NCBI GenBank assembly: GCA_963696385.1
Contig: CAVOKF010000003.1
Span: forward strand, 320,001-384,000
Length of the DNA: 64,000 nucleotides
Origin: an uncultured delta proteobacterium
Lineage (GTDB): Bacteria; Myxococcota_A; Polyangia; Polyangiales; Polyangiaceae
Direction of reading: 5' to 3'
Shown here in pieces: positions 9,546-20,904 of the stretch. A program made the position numbers and the translations under genes. The notes beneath the pieces were generated by a model that was not told the origin of the DNA, did no database searches, and saw only the letters and a program-made list of their open reading frames with translations. Each line of letters begins with the position of its first letter. Within the stretch, counting starts at the first letter, position 1.

Positions 9546-10337
9546 CTAGCGCGACTTTCGCCTGGTCGGCTTTGGCTCCGGCGCGCCCCCCTCGAGGAGC
9601 TCTCCGCTCGCGCCGACGGTTACCGGCGCGCTGCCGCCCCCGGCTCCCCCATCGGCCGCCGCTTGCGCCGCCCTTTCCTGGGCCGCATCCTCCGCGGCGA
9701 GCAGTTGATCGTCCCTATCCCAGCGGTCCACGTGCCCGTCGCACGTGGTATCGTTGCCTACACGCTCCAGCCTGTCATGGTAGTAGATCTCCCAGGTATC
9801 GGGCAACCCGCTCGGGCAGTGGGTATTGCGACGAATGCGCGAGAGCTGGCCGTCGACGTAAAACTTCCAGACGTTCGGACGTCCTGCGGCAAACGTCGTG
9901 TCCGTATCTTCTTCAGCGATGCGGCCGTCGGCGAAGTTCACCCACACATCGATCTTGCCGTCGTAGTTCGTGTCGGCCTCCTCGTGAAGCGGATCTCCCC
10001 TTTCGTTGAAGGTGCGCACGACGTCCTTGACTCCGTCGAGGTTCGTATCGATCTCGCGGCATAGAAGAACGCTGTGGCGGTTATCTCGGTCTCCCACGGC
10101 CTTGAAGACTCGGCGAATATTTGGCTTGATCGAGTTCGGACCGGCCGTCTCGCTCGTCTCAAACTGGGGGTTATTGCGCCAGTGAACGAAGCGCTCGCAA
10201 AGCGAACGATCGTCGGCGGCCCAATGCCCCTCGTCGGGCGATCCTGCCGGGGAGGTCGGCCCAGGATTAGCTCCGCCGCAGTTGGTGGCGAGCAGCAGCA
10301 GGAGCCCCACAGGCATCCAAGGCGCAACCCGCTTCAT
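9546..10337 (-). CDS. Lipoprotein with ~22-aa DxNxDG beta-hairpin repeats
   Basis: Signal peptide ending LLLATNC; repeats DTNLDGVKD, DTNYDGKID, DTTCDGHVD. Confidence 0.75.
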   Translation of the reverse strand: MKRVAPWMPVGLLLLLATNCGGANPGPTSPAGSPDEGHWAADDRSLCERFVHWRNNPQFETSETAGPNSIKPNIRRVFKAVGDRDNRHSVLLCREIDTNLDGVKDVVRTFNERGDPLHEEADTNYDGKIDVWVNFADGRIAEEDTDTTFAAGRPNVWKFYVDGQLSRIRRNTHCPSGLPDTWEIYYHDRLERVGNDTTCDGHVDRWDRDDQLLAAEDAAQERAAQAAADGGAGGGSAPVTVGASGELLEGGAPEPKPTRRKSR

Positions 10338-11110
10338 CGCCCTGCTCCGAGACCGTGAGCCTGCTGCGCCCCGTTCGCGGAGGCGGCGTCCGCTCCCGCC
10401 AGCGCGGTCGAACCCGCGTTGGACAGTGTCCCCACCGTCCCGGCGTCGGTCGCGGTCCCACCGTCGTCGCCGAAGACGAGAGCGGAGTTGGGGTCGGGCT
10501 TTCCATCGCCATTCCGGTCGATCGCTATCGTCAACTGGGAGCCGTTCCACGTCCACCATTGGTCCACGCGCCCGTTGCCTTTCGTATCGCGCTCACGCCG
10601 CACGGGATGCGCCGGTCGGCCCGTCTTCGGGTCGACGGGGGCGTTCGGATCGAACCAGTCCCATGTATCGATTCGATGACCGCCACCGATGTCGTACTCA
10701 CGACGGACCAACTTGCCCGACTCGTAGTACTCGATGGCGTTCACGAGACCCGTGTCGTCGTAACAGAATTCCCGACGACGAACTGCGCCGTTCGAATCGA
10801 AGTACTCGAAAATGTCAGGCTTGCCGTCGTGGTTCAAGTCCACGACGCGGCACTTTTCGTGAGAAGCGGCGTCAAAGTAGCGGGTGATCTCCGGCTTTCG
10901 GTCGCCATTCGTGTCAAGGACGTCCGAGCGATCGCCCGAGCCACCGCATGGTTCATGCTCGAGCCCCTCCGATCGAGCCCCCTCGGCCAGCTTCGGCGCG
11001 GAGGCCGCCTCGCTGCCGCCGCAGCCGGAACCGATGCCCCCTGCTGCAAGCACCGCCGCGAGCATCGCCCCCAGCCCACCGCGAAAGAGTTCAACTCGCA
11101 CGTCGTTCAT
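10334..11110 (-). CDS. Lipoprotein with DxNxDG repeats, paralogous to the downstream gene
   Basis: Signal peptide ending GIGSGC; DTNGDRKPE, DLNHDGKPD, DTKGNGRVD, DRNGDGKPD; ATGA overlap with the next gene; start could be 11119. Confidence 0.72.
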   Translation of the reverse strand: MNDVRVELFRGGLGAMLAAVLAAGGIGSGCGGSEAASAPKLAEGARSEGLEHEPCGGSGDRSDVLDTNGDRKPEITRYFDAASHEKCRVVDLNHDGKPDIFEYFDSNGAVRRREFCYDDTGLVNAIEYYESGKLVRREYDIGGGHRIDTWDWFDPNAPVDPKTGRPAHPVRRERDTKGNGRVDQWWTWNGSQLTIAIDRNGDGKPDPNSALVFGDDGGTATDAGTVGTLSNAGSTALAGADAASANGAQQAHGLGAGR

Positions 11111-11435
11111 CCATCCCATCCCGTTTCGGCACCCAGTCAGGGCTTCGAGGCACCCTGCCACCCGCCGACTGCGACAATAGTCGCCCCTCGATCGAAGCCT
11201 CGACAGAAATCGGCCAACCATACCGAACACAACCGGCACCGTCACGTTTCGAGGGGCACATTTGTTCACGTAGTGTATCTTGCTCCTCCCGCGTTCCGGC
11301 GGTCGTTCTCCAGTCCTCCCCTGGCCAGGTCAGGCGCAGTCGGCTACATGCGAGCCTTCCCCGAGGACGCCCGACGGGCGTGTAACTCCTCGGCATCACG
11401 CAGCTTCACCCCACGCTAACTCTCGTTCGGCGGTC

Positions 11436-11741
11436 ATGTCGCGCAAGAAGATCTCGACAACGATCTACGTGACCCCGGAGCAAAGCGAGCGCCTCCGCCT
11501 GCTTCACGAGCGCACGAAGGTCCCGGTGGCCGTTTACATCCGCGAGGGAATCGATCTCGTGCTTCGACAATACGGACACCTGCTACCGGGCCAGTTGCCG
11601 CTCGCTTCGGAACCGCCCGTGCCGCCCCACGTCACCGAGCCCAAAGCTTCGCAGCTCCGCCACGAGCGACCGGATCGGGGCGACCGCTCGGCCGAGCCCA
11701 TCGCCGAGCGGGCTGCCGGCGGCGCGGGCAGCAAGGTCTGA
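11436..11741 (+). CDS. Ribbon-helix-helix DNA-binding protein
   Basis: MSRKKISTTIYVTPEQSERLRLLHERTKVPVAVYIREGIDLVL has the beta-alpha-alpha RHH pattern. Confidence 0.8.
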   Translation: MSRKKISTTIYVTPEQSERLRLLHERTKVPVAVYIREGIDLVLRQYGHLLPGQLPLASEPPVPPHVTEPKASQLRHERPDRGDRSAEPIAERAAGGAGSKV

Positions 11742-11759
11742 GAGGTTTGAGCGTCCCGG

Positions 11760-13595
<1,836 letters not shown>

Positions 13596-13645
13596 GGGCG
13601 TAATCTCCTTGCTGTTGGTTCGGACCCGAAATTAAGATTGGAAAC

Positions 13646-14011
13646 ATGACGATGAGGATACGGATCGTGACGATCGCGCTGCTTTCGACGCTCGCGGCGG
13701 CGTGCGGCTCGAGTTTGCCGCCACCGAACGACGAGTGGGCACAAGCCCAAGCGGACCTCGGCCGCGCAGAAGCGGGTGGTGCTCCAAGCGTCCCGGACGC
13801 AAAGCTCCACCTGCAGATTGCAGCCGAAGATCTCCAGAAATCCAAAGACTTGATGGGTCAAGACAACCGGCGCGCGGAAAGCGTGATCGCGCTTGCACGC
13901 GTCGAAGCCCAGCTCGCGCTGAGTCTGGCCAAGGCATCCCAGGCCCGTCAGGCTGCTGATTCGGCCCAGCAGGATCTGCAGAAACTCAAGGGAACGGGAG
14001 GAACGCCATGA
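13646..14011 (+). CDS. DUF4398-type helical lipoprotein
   Basis: Lipobox LAAAC; Ala-rich helices; ATGA overlap with an OmpA-family gene. Confidence 0.7.
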   Translation: MTMRIRIVTIALLSTLAAACGSSLPPPNDEWAQAQADLGRAEAGGAPSVPDAKLHLQIAAEDLQKSKDLMGQDNRRAESVIALARVEAQLALSLAKASQARQAADSAQQDLQKLKGTGGTP

Positions 14012-14904
14012 AGTCGACTCGTCTTACGGCCAACGCCGTGCCCTTGGCCGCCACTCTGATCGGCGCTCTGGTCGGCGCTTGCGCCGAACACATTCCTCCC
14101 CGAGCGCTGGTCGACGCTCGTGCAGAGTTCGCGCGGGCCAAGAGCGGGATCACGATCCAGCTCGACCCGACCGACGTGCACGAGGCCGATTTGGCCCTTC
14201 AGCGCGCTGAAAGCGCATGGAACGACTCTCCCGACGAGCCCATCACGATCGACCTCGCCATCTTGGCTCAGCGCAAGGCTCAAATCGCCGAAGCCGAGGC
14301 GGCGGCGCTCAAGGCGCAGCAGGACACAGACGAAGCGAAGCGTGCCCTGACGACGGCCATGTCGTCGCAGCTCCAGGCTGCCCGCGGCCAACTCGATCAG
14401 ACGAAGCAGGCGCTCAACAAGACGCAAGAGCAGCTCCAAGCCGAGCAGAAGGCGGCTGCGGAGCAGAGCCAGAAGCTGGCGGACCTGGAGGCGAAGCTGA
14501 AGGACGCGCGCGATACGATTGCCAAGATCGCCGCCGTCAAGGACGACGACCGCGGAATGGTGATCACGCTCCAGGGTGAGGTCCTATTTCCAACGAACAA
14601 GTGGGATCTCAAAGCGGGGGCGATGGCGAAGCTGGATCAGATCGCCGACGCTCTGCGCGGCAAGGAGCAGCCGATGATTGTCTACGGATATACGGACAAC
14701 GTCGGAACGCGCGACTACAACATGGATTTGTCTCAAAAGCGGGCGAGTTCCGTGCGCGACTATCTCGTGAGCAAAGGCATTCCCCAGGACCTGATCACGG
14801 CTCAGGGCAAAGGACCCGACAGCCCGGTATCGGACAACACGTCGCTCGAAGGGCGAGCGGCCAATCGGCGCGTGGAGATCGTGGTTCAACCCAAAAAGTC
14901 CTGA
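14008..14904 (+). CDS. OmpA-family peptidoglycan-binding lipoprotein with DUF4398/coiled-coil N-terminus
   Basis: Lipobox VGAC; RGMVITLQGEVLF, GYTDNVG, NMDLSQKRA, GRAANRRVEI. Confidence 0.88.
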   Translation: MKSTRLTANAVPLAATLIGALVGACAEHIPPRALVDARAEFARAKSGITIQLDPTDVHEADLALQRAESAWNDSPDEPITIDLAILAQRKAQIAEAEAAALKAQQDTDEAKRALTTAMSSQLQAARGQLDQTKQALNKTQEQLQAEQKAAAEQSQKLADLEAKLKDARDTIAKIAAVKDDDRGMVITLQGEVLFPTNKWDLKAGAMAKLDQIADALRGKEQPMIVYGYTDNVGTRDYNMDLSQKRASSVRDYLVSKGIPQDLITAQGKGPDSPVSDNTSLEGRAANRRVEIVVQPKKS

Positions 14905-14932
14905 GCCGTCCGGCCAGGATGCGGCAGGAGGA

Positions 14933-14951
14933 GCCGCCGTCTACCGGCGGC
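14933..14951 (+). terminator. Possible GC hairpin after the ompA-family gene
   Basis: GCCGCCG-tctac-CGGCGGC followed by only a weak T tract. Confidence 0.25.
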
Positions 14952-15015
14952 CCTTGTGCGTTCGAAGAGTGCGGACGCGCAACCGTCCCCCAGAAGTGCT
15001 AGACGCATCGGCTCG

Positions 15016-16407
15016 ATGGAGAAGCGAGCGAGGCAACGTGATCCGGCGGCAGGACGCCGAGCGTGGGCTGCGCAAGTGAACCTTGGAACGACCGAGGGCG
15101 CTCGGCTGTCGTACGAAGGGGCTCACTCGTTCGGCGTCGAGAGGATCCACCGGTGGCGGCTCGGCAATGGCCTAACGGTCCTCGTCCTGATCGATGGAGC
15201 CGCGCCGGTGGTGGCCTATCACACCTGGTTCAACGTGGGGTCGCGTCACGAGCGGCCCGGCAAAACGGGGCTTGCCCACTTGTTCGAGCACTTGATGTTC
15301 GGTGAGACCGAAAACCTTGCGGCGGGGATATTCGATCGCAAGCTCGAGGAAAACGGGGCGGAATCCAATGCGGCAACCTGGGTCGACTGGACCTACTACC
15401 ACGAGCTCTTGCCCGCCGATCGCGTTCGGCTCGTGGTCACGCTCGAAGCCGAGCGGATGCATCGGCTCGTTTTGAGGGACGCCCAGATTGCGAGCGAAAA
15501 GGAAGTGGTCGCCAACGAGCGACGCTACCGCGTCGAGGACGACGTCGAAGGCCTCGCGAACGAACTCTTGTACAAGACGGCGTTCGAGGCGCATCCCTAT
15601 CGTTGGCCCACGATCGGATGGATGGCGGACATCGAGGGGTTTACGCCCGACGATTGCGTGAACTTCTATCGCACCTACTACGCTCCGAGCAATGCGACGG
15701 TGGTCGTCGTGGGACAAGTCCGCGAACGCAATCTGCTCCTCGCGATCCGCGATGCCTATGGGGTCATCCCGACACAGGCCGTCCCGGCCGAGGACATCCT
15801 GCCCGAGCCGCAGCAGACGGTCGAGCGGCGGCTGGAGATTCGCAAGCCGACCGCCAGCGAAAAGCTGCTCGTCGCGTTCAAGGGCCCGGCGTTCGGCGAC
15901 GTGGATCACGCGGCGATGACCATTCTGAGCGAGGTGCTCTTTGGCGGCCGCGCCTCTCGCCTCTATCGATCCCTGGTCGTCGAACGAGAACTCGCTACGG
16001 ACCTGCGCGGCTGGGTCTCCACGTTTCGAGACCCGGGGCTGTTCGAGTGCTGGGCGACGGCGCGATCCGCGCACAGCGCGCTCGAAATCTTGCCCGTCTT
16101 CGAGGAGGCCTTTGCCCGCGTCCGTACGGACGTCGTGGCCGAGGAGGAATTGGCGCGCGCGAAATCGCGGCTCGAGCTGGGATCGTTGCAGCAGCTGGAG
16201 ACGGCAAGCGGCAAGGCCGAGCAGATCGGCTTCTTCGAGATAGTCCTCGGAGACCCGGCGCACGCATTCCGTCGGGTCGAGTCCTATCGGCGTACAACCG
16301 CGAGCGACTTGCGCAGGGTCGCACGACGCTACTTGGTCGATACCGCCCGCACCGTACTGCGGGTCGTTCCCGACGCCAGTGCAGCGCCCGCGCAGGCAGC
16401 CCAGTGA
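15016..16407 (+). CDS. M16 (pitrilysin-family) zinc peptidase, catalytic subunit
   Basis: VGSRHERPGKTGLAHLFEHLMFG (HxxEH), NAATWVDWTYY, EKEVVANERR; start uncertain (14956-15076). Confidence 0.88.
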   Translation: MEKRARQRDPAAGRRAWAAQVNLGTTEGARLSYEGAHSFGVERIHRWRLGNGLTVLVLIDGAAPVVAYHTWFNVGSRHERPGKTGLAHLFEHLMFGETENLAAGIFDRKLEENGAESNAATWVDWTYYHELLPADRVRLVVTLEAERMHRLVLRDAQIASEKEVVANERRYRVEDDVEGLANELLYKTAFEAHPYRWPTIGWMADIEGFTPDDCVNFYRTYYAPSNATVVVVGQVRERNLLLAIRDAYGVIPTQAVPAEDILPEPQQTVERRLEIRKPTASEKLLVAFKGPAFGDVDHAAMTILSEVLFGGRASRLYRSLVVERELATDLRGWVSTFRDPGLFECWATARSAHSALEILPVFEEAFARVRTDVVAEEELARAKSRLELGSLQQLETASGKAEQIGFFEIVLGDPAHAFRRVESYRRTTASDLRRVARRYLVDTARTVLRVVPDASAAPAQAAQ

Positions 16408-17738
16408 GCGTCGCGCGCCTTCAGACCCCCGAGCCGCTTCGATTCGATCTGGACGGCGGTGCTGTCGCCCTGCTCGAGCCGTCGCACGACGTGCCGCTCG
16501 TCTCGGTGGTCGTCGCGCTTCGCTGCGGCTCCGCGACCGACCCGTCGGAAAAGGCCGGCCTCGCCCGAATTGCCGTTCGAATGTTGAGGCGTGGGTGCGA
16601 AGGCCTCGTCTCCGAGGAGATCGATTTCCGGATCGACACCCTGGGCGCGGAAATGGCCGTCGATACGTCGCCCTCGACGGTGGGTATTCATGCGCAAGTC
16701 ATCGCGCGCCATGTCGATGCGTTCGTCGAACTTCTCGGCCGAATGCTTCGAGCTCCGACATTTCCGGATCACGAACTCGAGCGGCTCAAACGCGAAAGCA
16801 TCGCCGAAATCATTGAGGCACGCGACAACGATCGTGTGGTGGCTCAAAAGGCGATGCAACGGACCCTCTTCGAGGGTCACCCCTACGGGCGCAACGCCGG
16901 CGGAACGACGCGCACGATAGAGGCCATCACGCCCACCGATGTGCTCGACTTCTATCGCCGATACGTCGTCCAGGCAAACCTCGTCATCGGCATCGCCGGG
17001 GACGTGACACCCGACCGCGCGCCCTTGCTCGCGAGGCAACTCATCGCCGGCCTTCCGGCGGGGACGGCAGCGGTGGACCACGTCCCCGATCCCACGATGC
17101 GTCCGGGACGTCGGTTGCTGCTCGTGGACAAGCCCGAGCGAACGCAAACCCAGATTCTTCTTGGCACGCTAGGCACGTCCGCTCACGACGCCGACCACGT
17201 TTCGCTCGTCGTGGCGAACGCGGTCTTCGGCGGAACGTTCACGTCGCGGTTGATGAAGGAGATCCGTTCGAAACGCGGTTGGTCGTACGGCGCGAGCAGT
17301 CGAGCATCGGTGGATCGGCGGCGCCAGGCCTGGACGCTTTGGACCTTTCCTGCGGCACAGGACGCCGCACCCTGTTTGGCGCTGGCCATCGAACTGCTCG
17401 ACGCCTGGGTGAAAGCCGGAGTGCGCCCGGCGGAGGTGAACCTCGTCAAACGCTACCTGGTACGGTCGCACGCATTCGACGTCGACACGGCGACGAAGCG
17501 CTTGCATCAGGCGCTCGATCTGGAGCTTCTTGATTTGCCGCGAGACTACTTCAGCGGTTGGATCGAGCACGTACGGACCGTCACGTCCGCGTCGGCGAGC
17601 GCTGCTGTCGCGAGCCGCATTCGCACAGACAACTTGCTTGCCGTGGTCGTGGCCACTGCGTCGCAAGTGCTGGATCCTTTGCGATCGGCGGTGCCCGGAC
17701 TGGCGGAGGCCAGCGTCGTGCCGTTCCATGTCGAGTAA
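16404..17738 (+). CDS. M16 peptidase, non-catalytic partner subunit
   Basis: GTG overlapping the upstream stop; GSATDPSEKAGLA without HxxEH; FTSRLMKEIRSKRGWSYG. Confidence 0.85.
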   Translation: MSVARLQTPEPLRFDLDGGAVALLEPSHDVPLVSVVVALRCGSATDPSEKAGLARIAVRMLRRGCEGLVSEEIDFRIDTLGAEMAVDTSPSTVGIHAQVIARHVDAFVELLGRMLRAPTFPDHELERLKRESIAEIIEARDNDRVVAQKAMQRTLFEGHPYGRNAGGTTRTIEAITPTDVLDFYRRYVVQANLVIGIAGDVTPDRAPLLARQLIAGLPAGTAAVDHVPDPTMRPGRRLLLVDKPERTQTQILLGTLGTSAHDADHVSLVVANAVFGGTFTSRLMKEIRSKRGWSYGASSRASVDRRRQAWTLWTFPAAQDAAPCLALAIELLDAWVKAGVRPAEVNLVKRYLVRSHAFDVDTATKRLHQALDLELLDLPRDYFSGWIEHVRTVTSASASAAVASRIRTDNLLAVVVATASQVLDPLRSAVPGLAEASVVPFHVE

Positions 17739-17781
17739 CGGGAAGAAAAACGCCGAGGATCGGCCGGCCCCGGGCCCCTTC

Positions 17782-17838
17782 ACCCACGCGGGGGAGAGAT
17801 CCAGCTCGTACCCACGCGCGGGGAGAGATCCAGCTCGT
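17782..17838. repeat. Tandem direct repeat, 2 x 28/29 bp
   Basis: ACCCACGCG(C)GGGGAGAGATCCAGCTCGT twice with no spacer, between the convergent M16 and top6A genes. Confidence 0.85.
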
Positions 17839-17844
17839 CCGATA

Positions 17845-18966
17845 TCACTGCAGGTAATCTCGATCCCGGAGCTTCTTCGGTATGTACTCCTCGCTAATGA
17901 ACGAGATGCCCTTTGTCAACAATGAGTCGAGCTCCATCTTGAACCCATTTTGCACGATACCTTGAATTTCGCGCTGCCATTGTTTGGCTTTGAACCACGG
18001 GTACGCCTTCATCTGTTCGGCTCGCGCGAGGTCCTCTTTGGTGAGCCTGATTTCCGCGGCTTTGGGCATGGCAAATTTGCGATGATCGAGCGCGCTCATC
18101 CCGAGAAATCTCACATTCGGGACCGCCATACGCATCGACTCGTAAGCCAGATTGATACTCCCTTGCTTGAGGACCGAATAAATGTAAAGCCCCCATGGGT
18201 CGTTGTCGACAAGTGCATAAATAGGTACTTTTAGCTCAAGCGACATCCGCTGCATCAAGCGTCGCGCGCCGCGGCTGGCCTGCCCCTGAGTGGTCATCAG
18301 AATGCACTTGTGCTTTTTCCAAAAGCCGTCCTCGTTGAGTCGGTGGAAGATGGCGTCTTTTTCGACGAATAAGATGAAATCGGCGTTGCATCGAACGAAT
18401 TTGAGGGCGTCGTCTTCGCAAATGCTCGGGATCATCCAGCCGCCCCGGCCCATTCGGGCGAGATCAATTTCGTCGGGCCCGTCACGCACGACCATGTTGC
18501 CCACCAATCCACCTCGACGGTTGGCAAAGAGATGCAGCTCCTCGCGAAGTGCGTCGATCCCGACTTCGAGATCTTCGATGATCGGGTCGCTTTCACTCTG
18601 GTCCTCGAATGTATTTTCCTCCGAGTCCTCGAGCGTGTGCTTGGTCATGTAGAACATCTGGCGAATGCTGATGGTCTTGCCCTCGTCGATGAGCGTCTTG
18701 CATCCCTTCGCGACCAGAAAAGTCTGCATGAATTTACGCGCCATCGCGACGTTGAAAAATTCTCGCGATTGTGTCTTTTCCCCGAGCTCGATGATCCTCG
18801 TTTTCTCGTTGAAGGCCACGTTGGACAACGTCCGCGTGCGGATTTCGAGCGCCGGGTTGTTCCCCTTGTCGACGTCCATCAACGCTCGACGAGCCAGTTT
18901 CTCGATTCTCCCGAGCGTCTGTTCGTCGCGTTCCGTTCTGTTCGATTTTCGCTTCTTGGCGGCCAT
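17845..18966 (-). CDS. top6A: DNA topoisomerase VI subunit A (Spo11-like)
   Basis: Catalytic Tyr in SIRQMFY; FEDQSESDPIIEDLE; TOPRIM FVEKDA and LVDNDPWGLYIY; KMELDSL. Confidence 0.93.
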   Translation of the reverse strand: MAAKKRKSNRTERDEQTLGRIEKLARRALMDVDKGNNPALEIRTRTLSNVAFNEKTRIIELGEKTQSREFFNVAMARKFMQTFLVAKGCKTLIDEGKTISIRQMFYMTKHTLEDSEENTFEDQSESDPIIEDLEVGIDALREELHLFANRRGGLVGNMVVRDGPDEIDLARMGRGGWMIPSICEDDALKFVRCNADFILFVEKDAIFHRLNEDGFWKKHKCILMTTQGQASRGARRLMQRMSLELKVPIYALVDNDPWGLYIYSVLKQGSINLAYESMRMAVPNVRFLGMSALDHRKFAMPKAAEIRLTKEDLARAEQMKAYPWFKAKQWQREIQGIVQNGFKMELDSLLTKGISFISEEYIPKKLRDRDYLQ

Positions 18967-18969
18967 GGG

Positions 18970-20868
18970 TCACTCCGGCACGTGCAGTTGCTGGCGCCCC
19001 TTTGCGCCTTTGCCGCCCTTGCGCGCGAACGGAGGCGGCGCGGTCGCTTTGGGCGATGCGCGGGCGGTACCTCGCTGGATCGGCGCATCGGTTCCTCCTG
19101 TCGGGAGGCTGGGATTCCCCCCTTTCGCAGTCGCCGGCGGCGACGGCTGCGCGTTGTCTTCCGAATCGCCTTCGATCGGTTCGTCGGCGAGCCGTACGAA
19201 GCTCGGAAGCGCTTTGAAAAAAGCCTTCTGGGCTTCGTCTTTCGGCACATTCAAGATGTCGGACAGGGCTTGCGCCACTTCAGGTATGTATTTCTGAAAT
19301 ATGCTGCGTCGCTTGTGCTCGCGATCGGCGTGCGCCTTCGCGCGAATGTGCGCAGCGAGCTTGCGCCCGCACTCCTTGATGGCAAGCCCCATTTCACGAA
19401 GCAATTCGTCGTAATGCGCAACCGCTTCCTTCGCTTCGCTCGTGAAGGGGACCCAGACGCTGGCGAGGTGCACAACGATGGCCATCGGGGCGATCGGCAA
19501 GCTCCCCTTCGGCTGCTGCAGCTCGTAGCTTCGCCAGTTGGTCAAGTAAACCGCCTCGCTTATCGCGCAGGCCTTCGGCTGGTACTGAAGGGGAACCCGA
19601 TTCGCGAATCGCATGATCTCTGCCGGTTCGTCGGCCGGCAGATCGCCACCGAACGCGAGGCCGACTTCGACAACGAAAGGATTGCCGCGGTAAACGGACG
19701 GAGGGCGCGTCGTCGACACGTAAAACTCGGCCCGCGAAAAGCGGCGCTTGAGACCTTCGATGAGCAAGGCCTCTCCGATGGGTACGACAGCGGTTGCCGG
19801 CGGCGCCATGACTTTGACCGTCCCGAGCGCCGCATGCAGGCGCTCGAGTTGCTCGCCGTGGATGCGTTCGGCGGGCGTGCTCGGATTCACCTTCGCGCGC
19901 TCGCAGACCTGTTGCGCCACGGCCGTCGATATGCGCGAGAAGTCATCGATGAGCACCTGTTTCACCGTTTTTCTCGGAGAGTCTGCGAGCATGGCTTGCA
20001 ACATCCCGAGCTCCACGCCGAGCGGATGCGGCTTTATTTCCGCCGCCTCAGGGGGAAGATCGAACGCCACCCGCGGAAATTCGAGACGCTCGCCTTTGGG
20101 CGAGACGAACGTGAGTGCAAGGTGGGGGTTCGCAACGACCGTCTGTTCGAGGTACTCCTGTACGCCGGTTCGACCGCCCCGATAGGTCGCAACCAGCTCG
20201 ATCTCGACGCGGGTTCCGTGCTCGCGCGCCCAGTCGACCGTCTCTTCGTGAACGATGTCGGGCTGATTGCGTTTCGTGTCGATCCGTACGTGAACTTGAA
20301 ACGCCGGCCGGCCCTTGCCCGTGCGGCTCGTGATGACGACCGCCTTCCCAGTCGTGAGCTGCCCGTACAGCCCCGCGGCACTGATGCCGATGCCCTGTTG
20401 ACCGCGTGACTGCTTGAGCCGGTGAAACTTGGAACCATAGAGAAGTTTCGCGAAGATCTTCGGAATCTGCGGCTTCACGATGCCGGGTCCGTTGTCTTCG
20501 ACGACGATGCGGAACCTCGACGGCCCCCCTGGCACCGTCCGCTCTCCGCCCGCCGACTCGGGATCTTTGGCCTTCGACACTTTCGCGGCGATTCCCGCGA
20601 CCTCCCGAATTTCGACGAGGATCTCCGGAAGAATCCCGGCTTCTTCGCACGCGTCGAGCGAATTGTCGACGGCTTCCTTGACCGTCGTCAGCAGCGCTTT
20701 GGCCGGGTTGTCGAAGCCGAGAAGGTGGCGATTCTTCGTGAAGAACTCGCTCACGGAGATCTCGCGCTGGCGCGAAGCCATCGATTCTGCTGTCGCCCGC
20801 CGTTTTGGTTCGTGCGCGAACCCGCCAGGATCCAGCAACGGCGTACCTTCGGTGATCGACTTCGGCAT
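18970..20868 (-). CDS. top6B: DNA topoisomerase VI subunit B (GHKL ATPase)
   Basis: [80 protein letters not shown]; start 20868 or 20781. Confidence 0.93.
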   Translation of the reverse strand: MPKSITEGTPLLDPGGFAHEPKRRATAESMASRQREISVSEFFTKNRHLLGFDNPAKALLTTVKEAVDNSLDACEEAGILPEILVEIREVAGIAAKVSKAKDPESAGGERTVPGGPSRFRIVVEDNGPGIVKPQIPKIFAKLLYGSKFHRLKQSRGQQGIGISAAGLYGQLTTGKAVVITSRTGKGRPAFQVHVRIDTKRNQPDIVHEETVDWAREHGTRVEIELVATYRGGRTGVQEYLEQTVVANPHLALTFVSPKGERLEFPRVAFDLPPEAAEIKPHPLGVELGMLQAMLADSPRKTVKQVLIDDFSRISTAVAQQVCERAKVNPSTPAERIHGEQLERLHAALGTVKVMAPPATAVVPIGEALLIEGLKRRFSRAEFYVSTTRPPSVYRGNPFVVEVGLAFGGDLPADEPAEIMRFANRVPLQYQPKACAISEAVYLTNWRSYELQQPKGSLPIAPMAIVVHLASVWVPFTSEAKEAVAHYDELLREMGLAIKECGRKLAAHIRAKAHADREHKRRSIFQKYIPEVAQALSDILNVPKDEAQKAFFKALPSFVRLADEPIEGDSEDNAQPSPPATAKGGNPSLPTGGTDAPIQRGTARASPKATAPPPFARKGGKGAKGRQQLHVPE

Positions 20869-20904
20869 CAAGTTCTCCGCTAGCCCCGGTATGCTCACCA
20901 TCCA

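Noticed and set aside
15603..16403. N-terminal extension of the second M16 subunit (711-aa ORF); likewise the extensions of pepP, rluB, htrA and the NtrC gene
   Set aside because: Arg-rich non-protein-like sequence overlapping other genes; homology starts at the downstream start codons used above
17782..17838. CRISPR array (repeat length and CCCACGCG...GGGGA recall type I-E repeats)
   Set aside because: Only two copies, directly adjacent with no spacer, and no cas genes in the window
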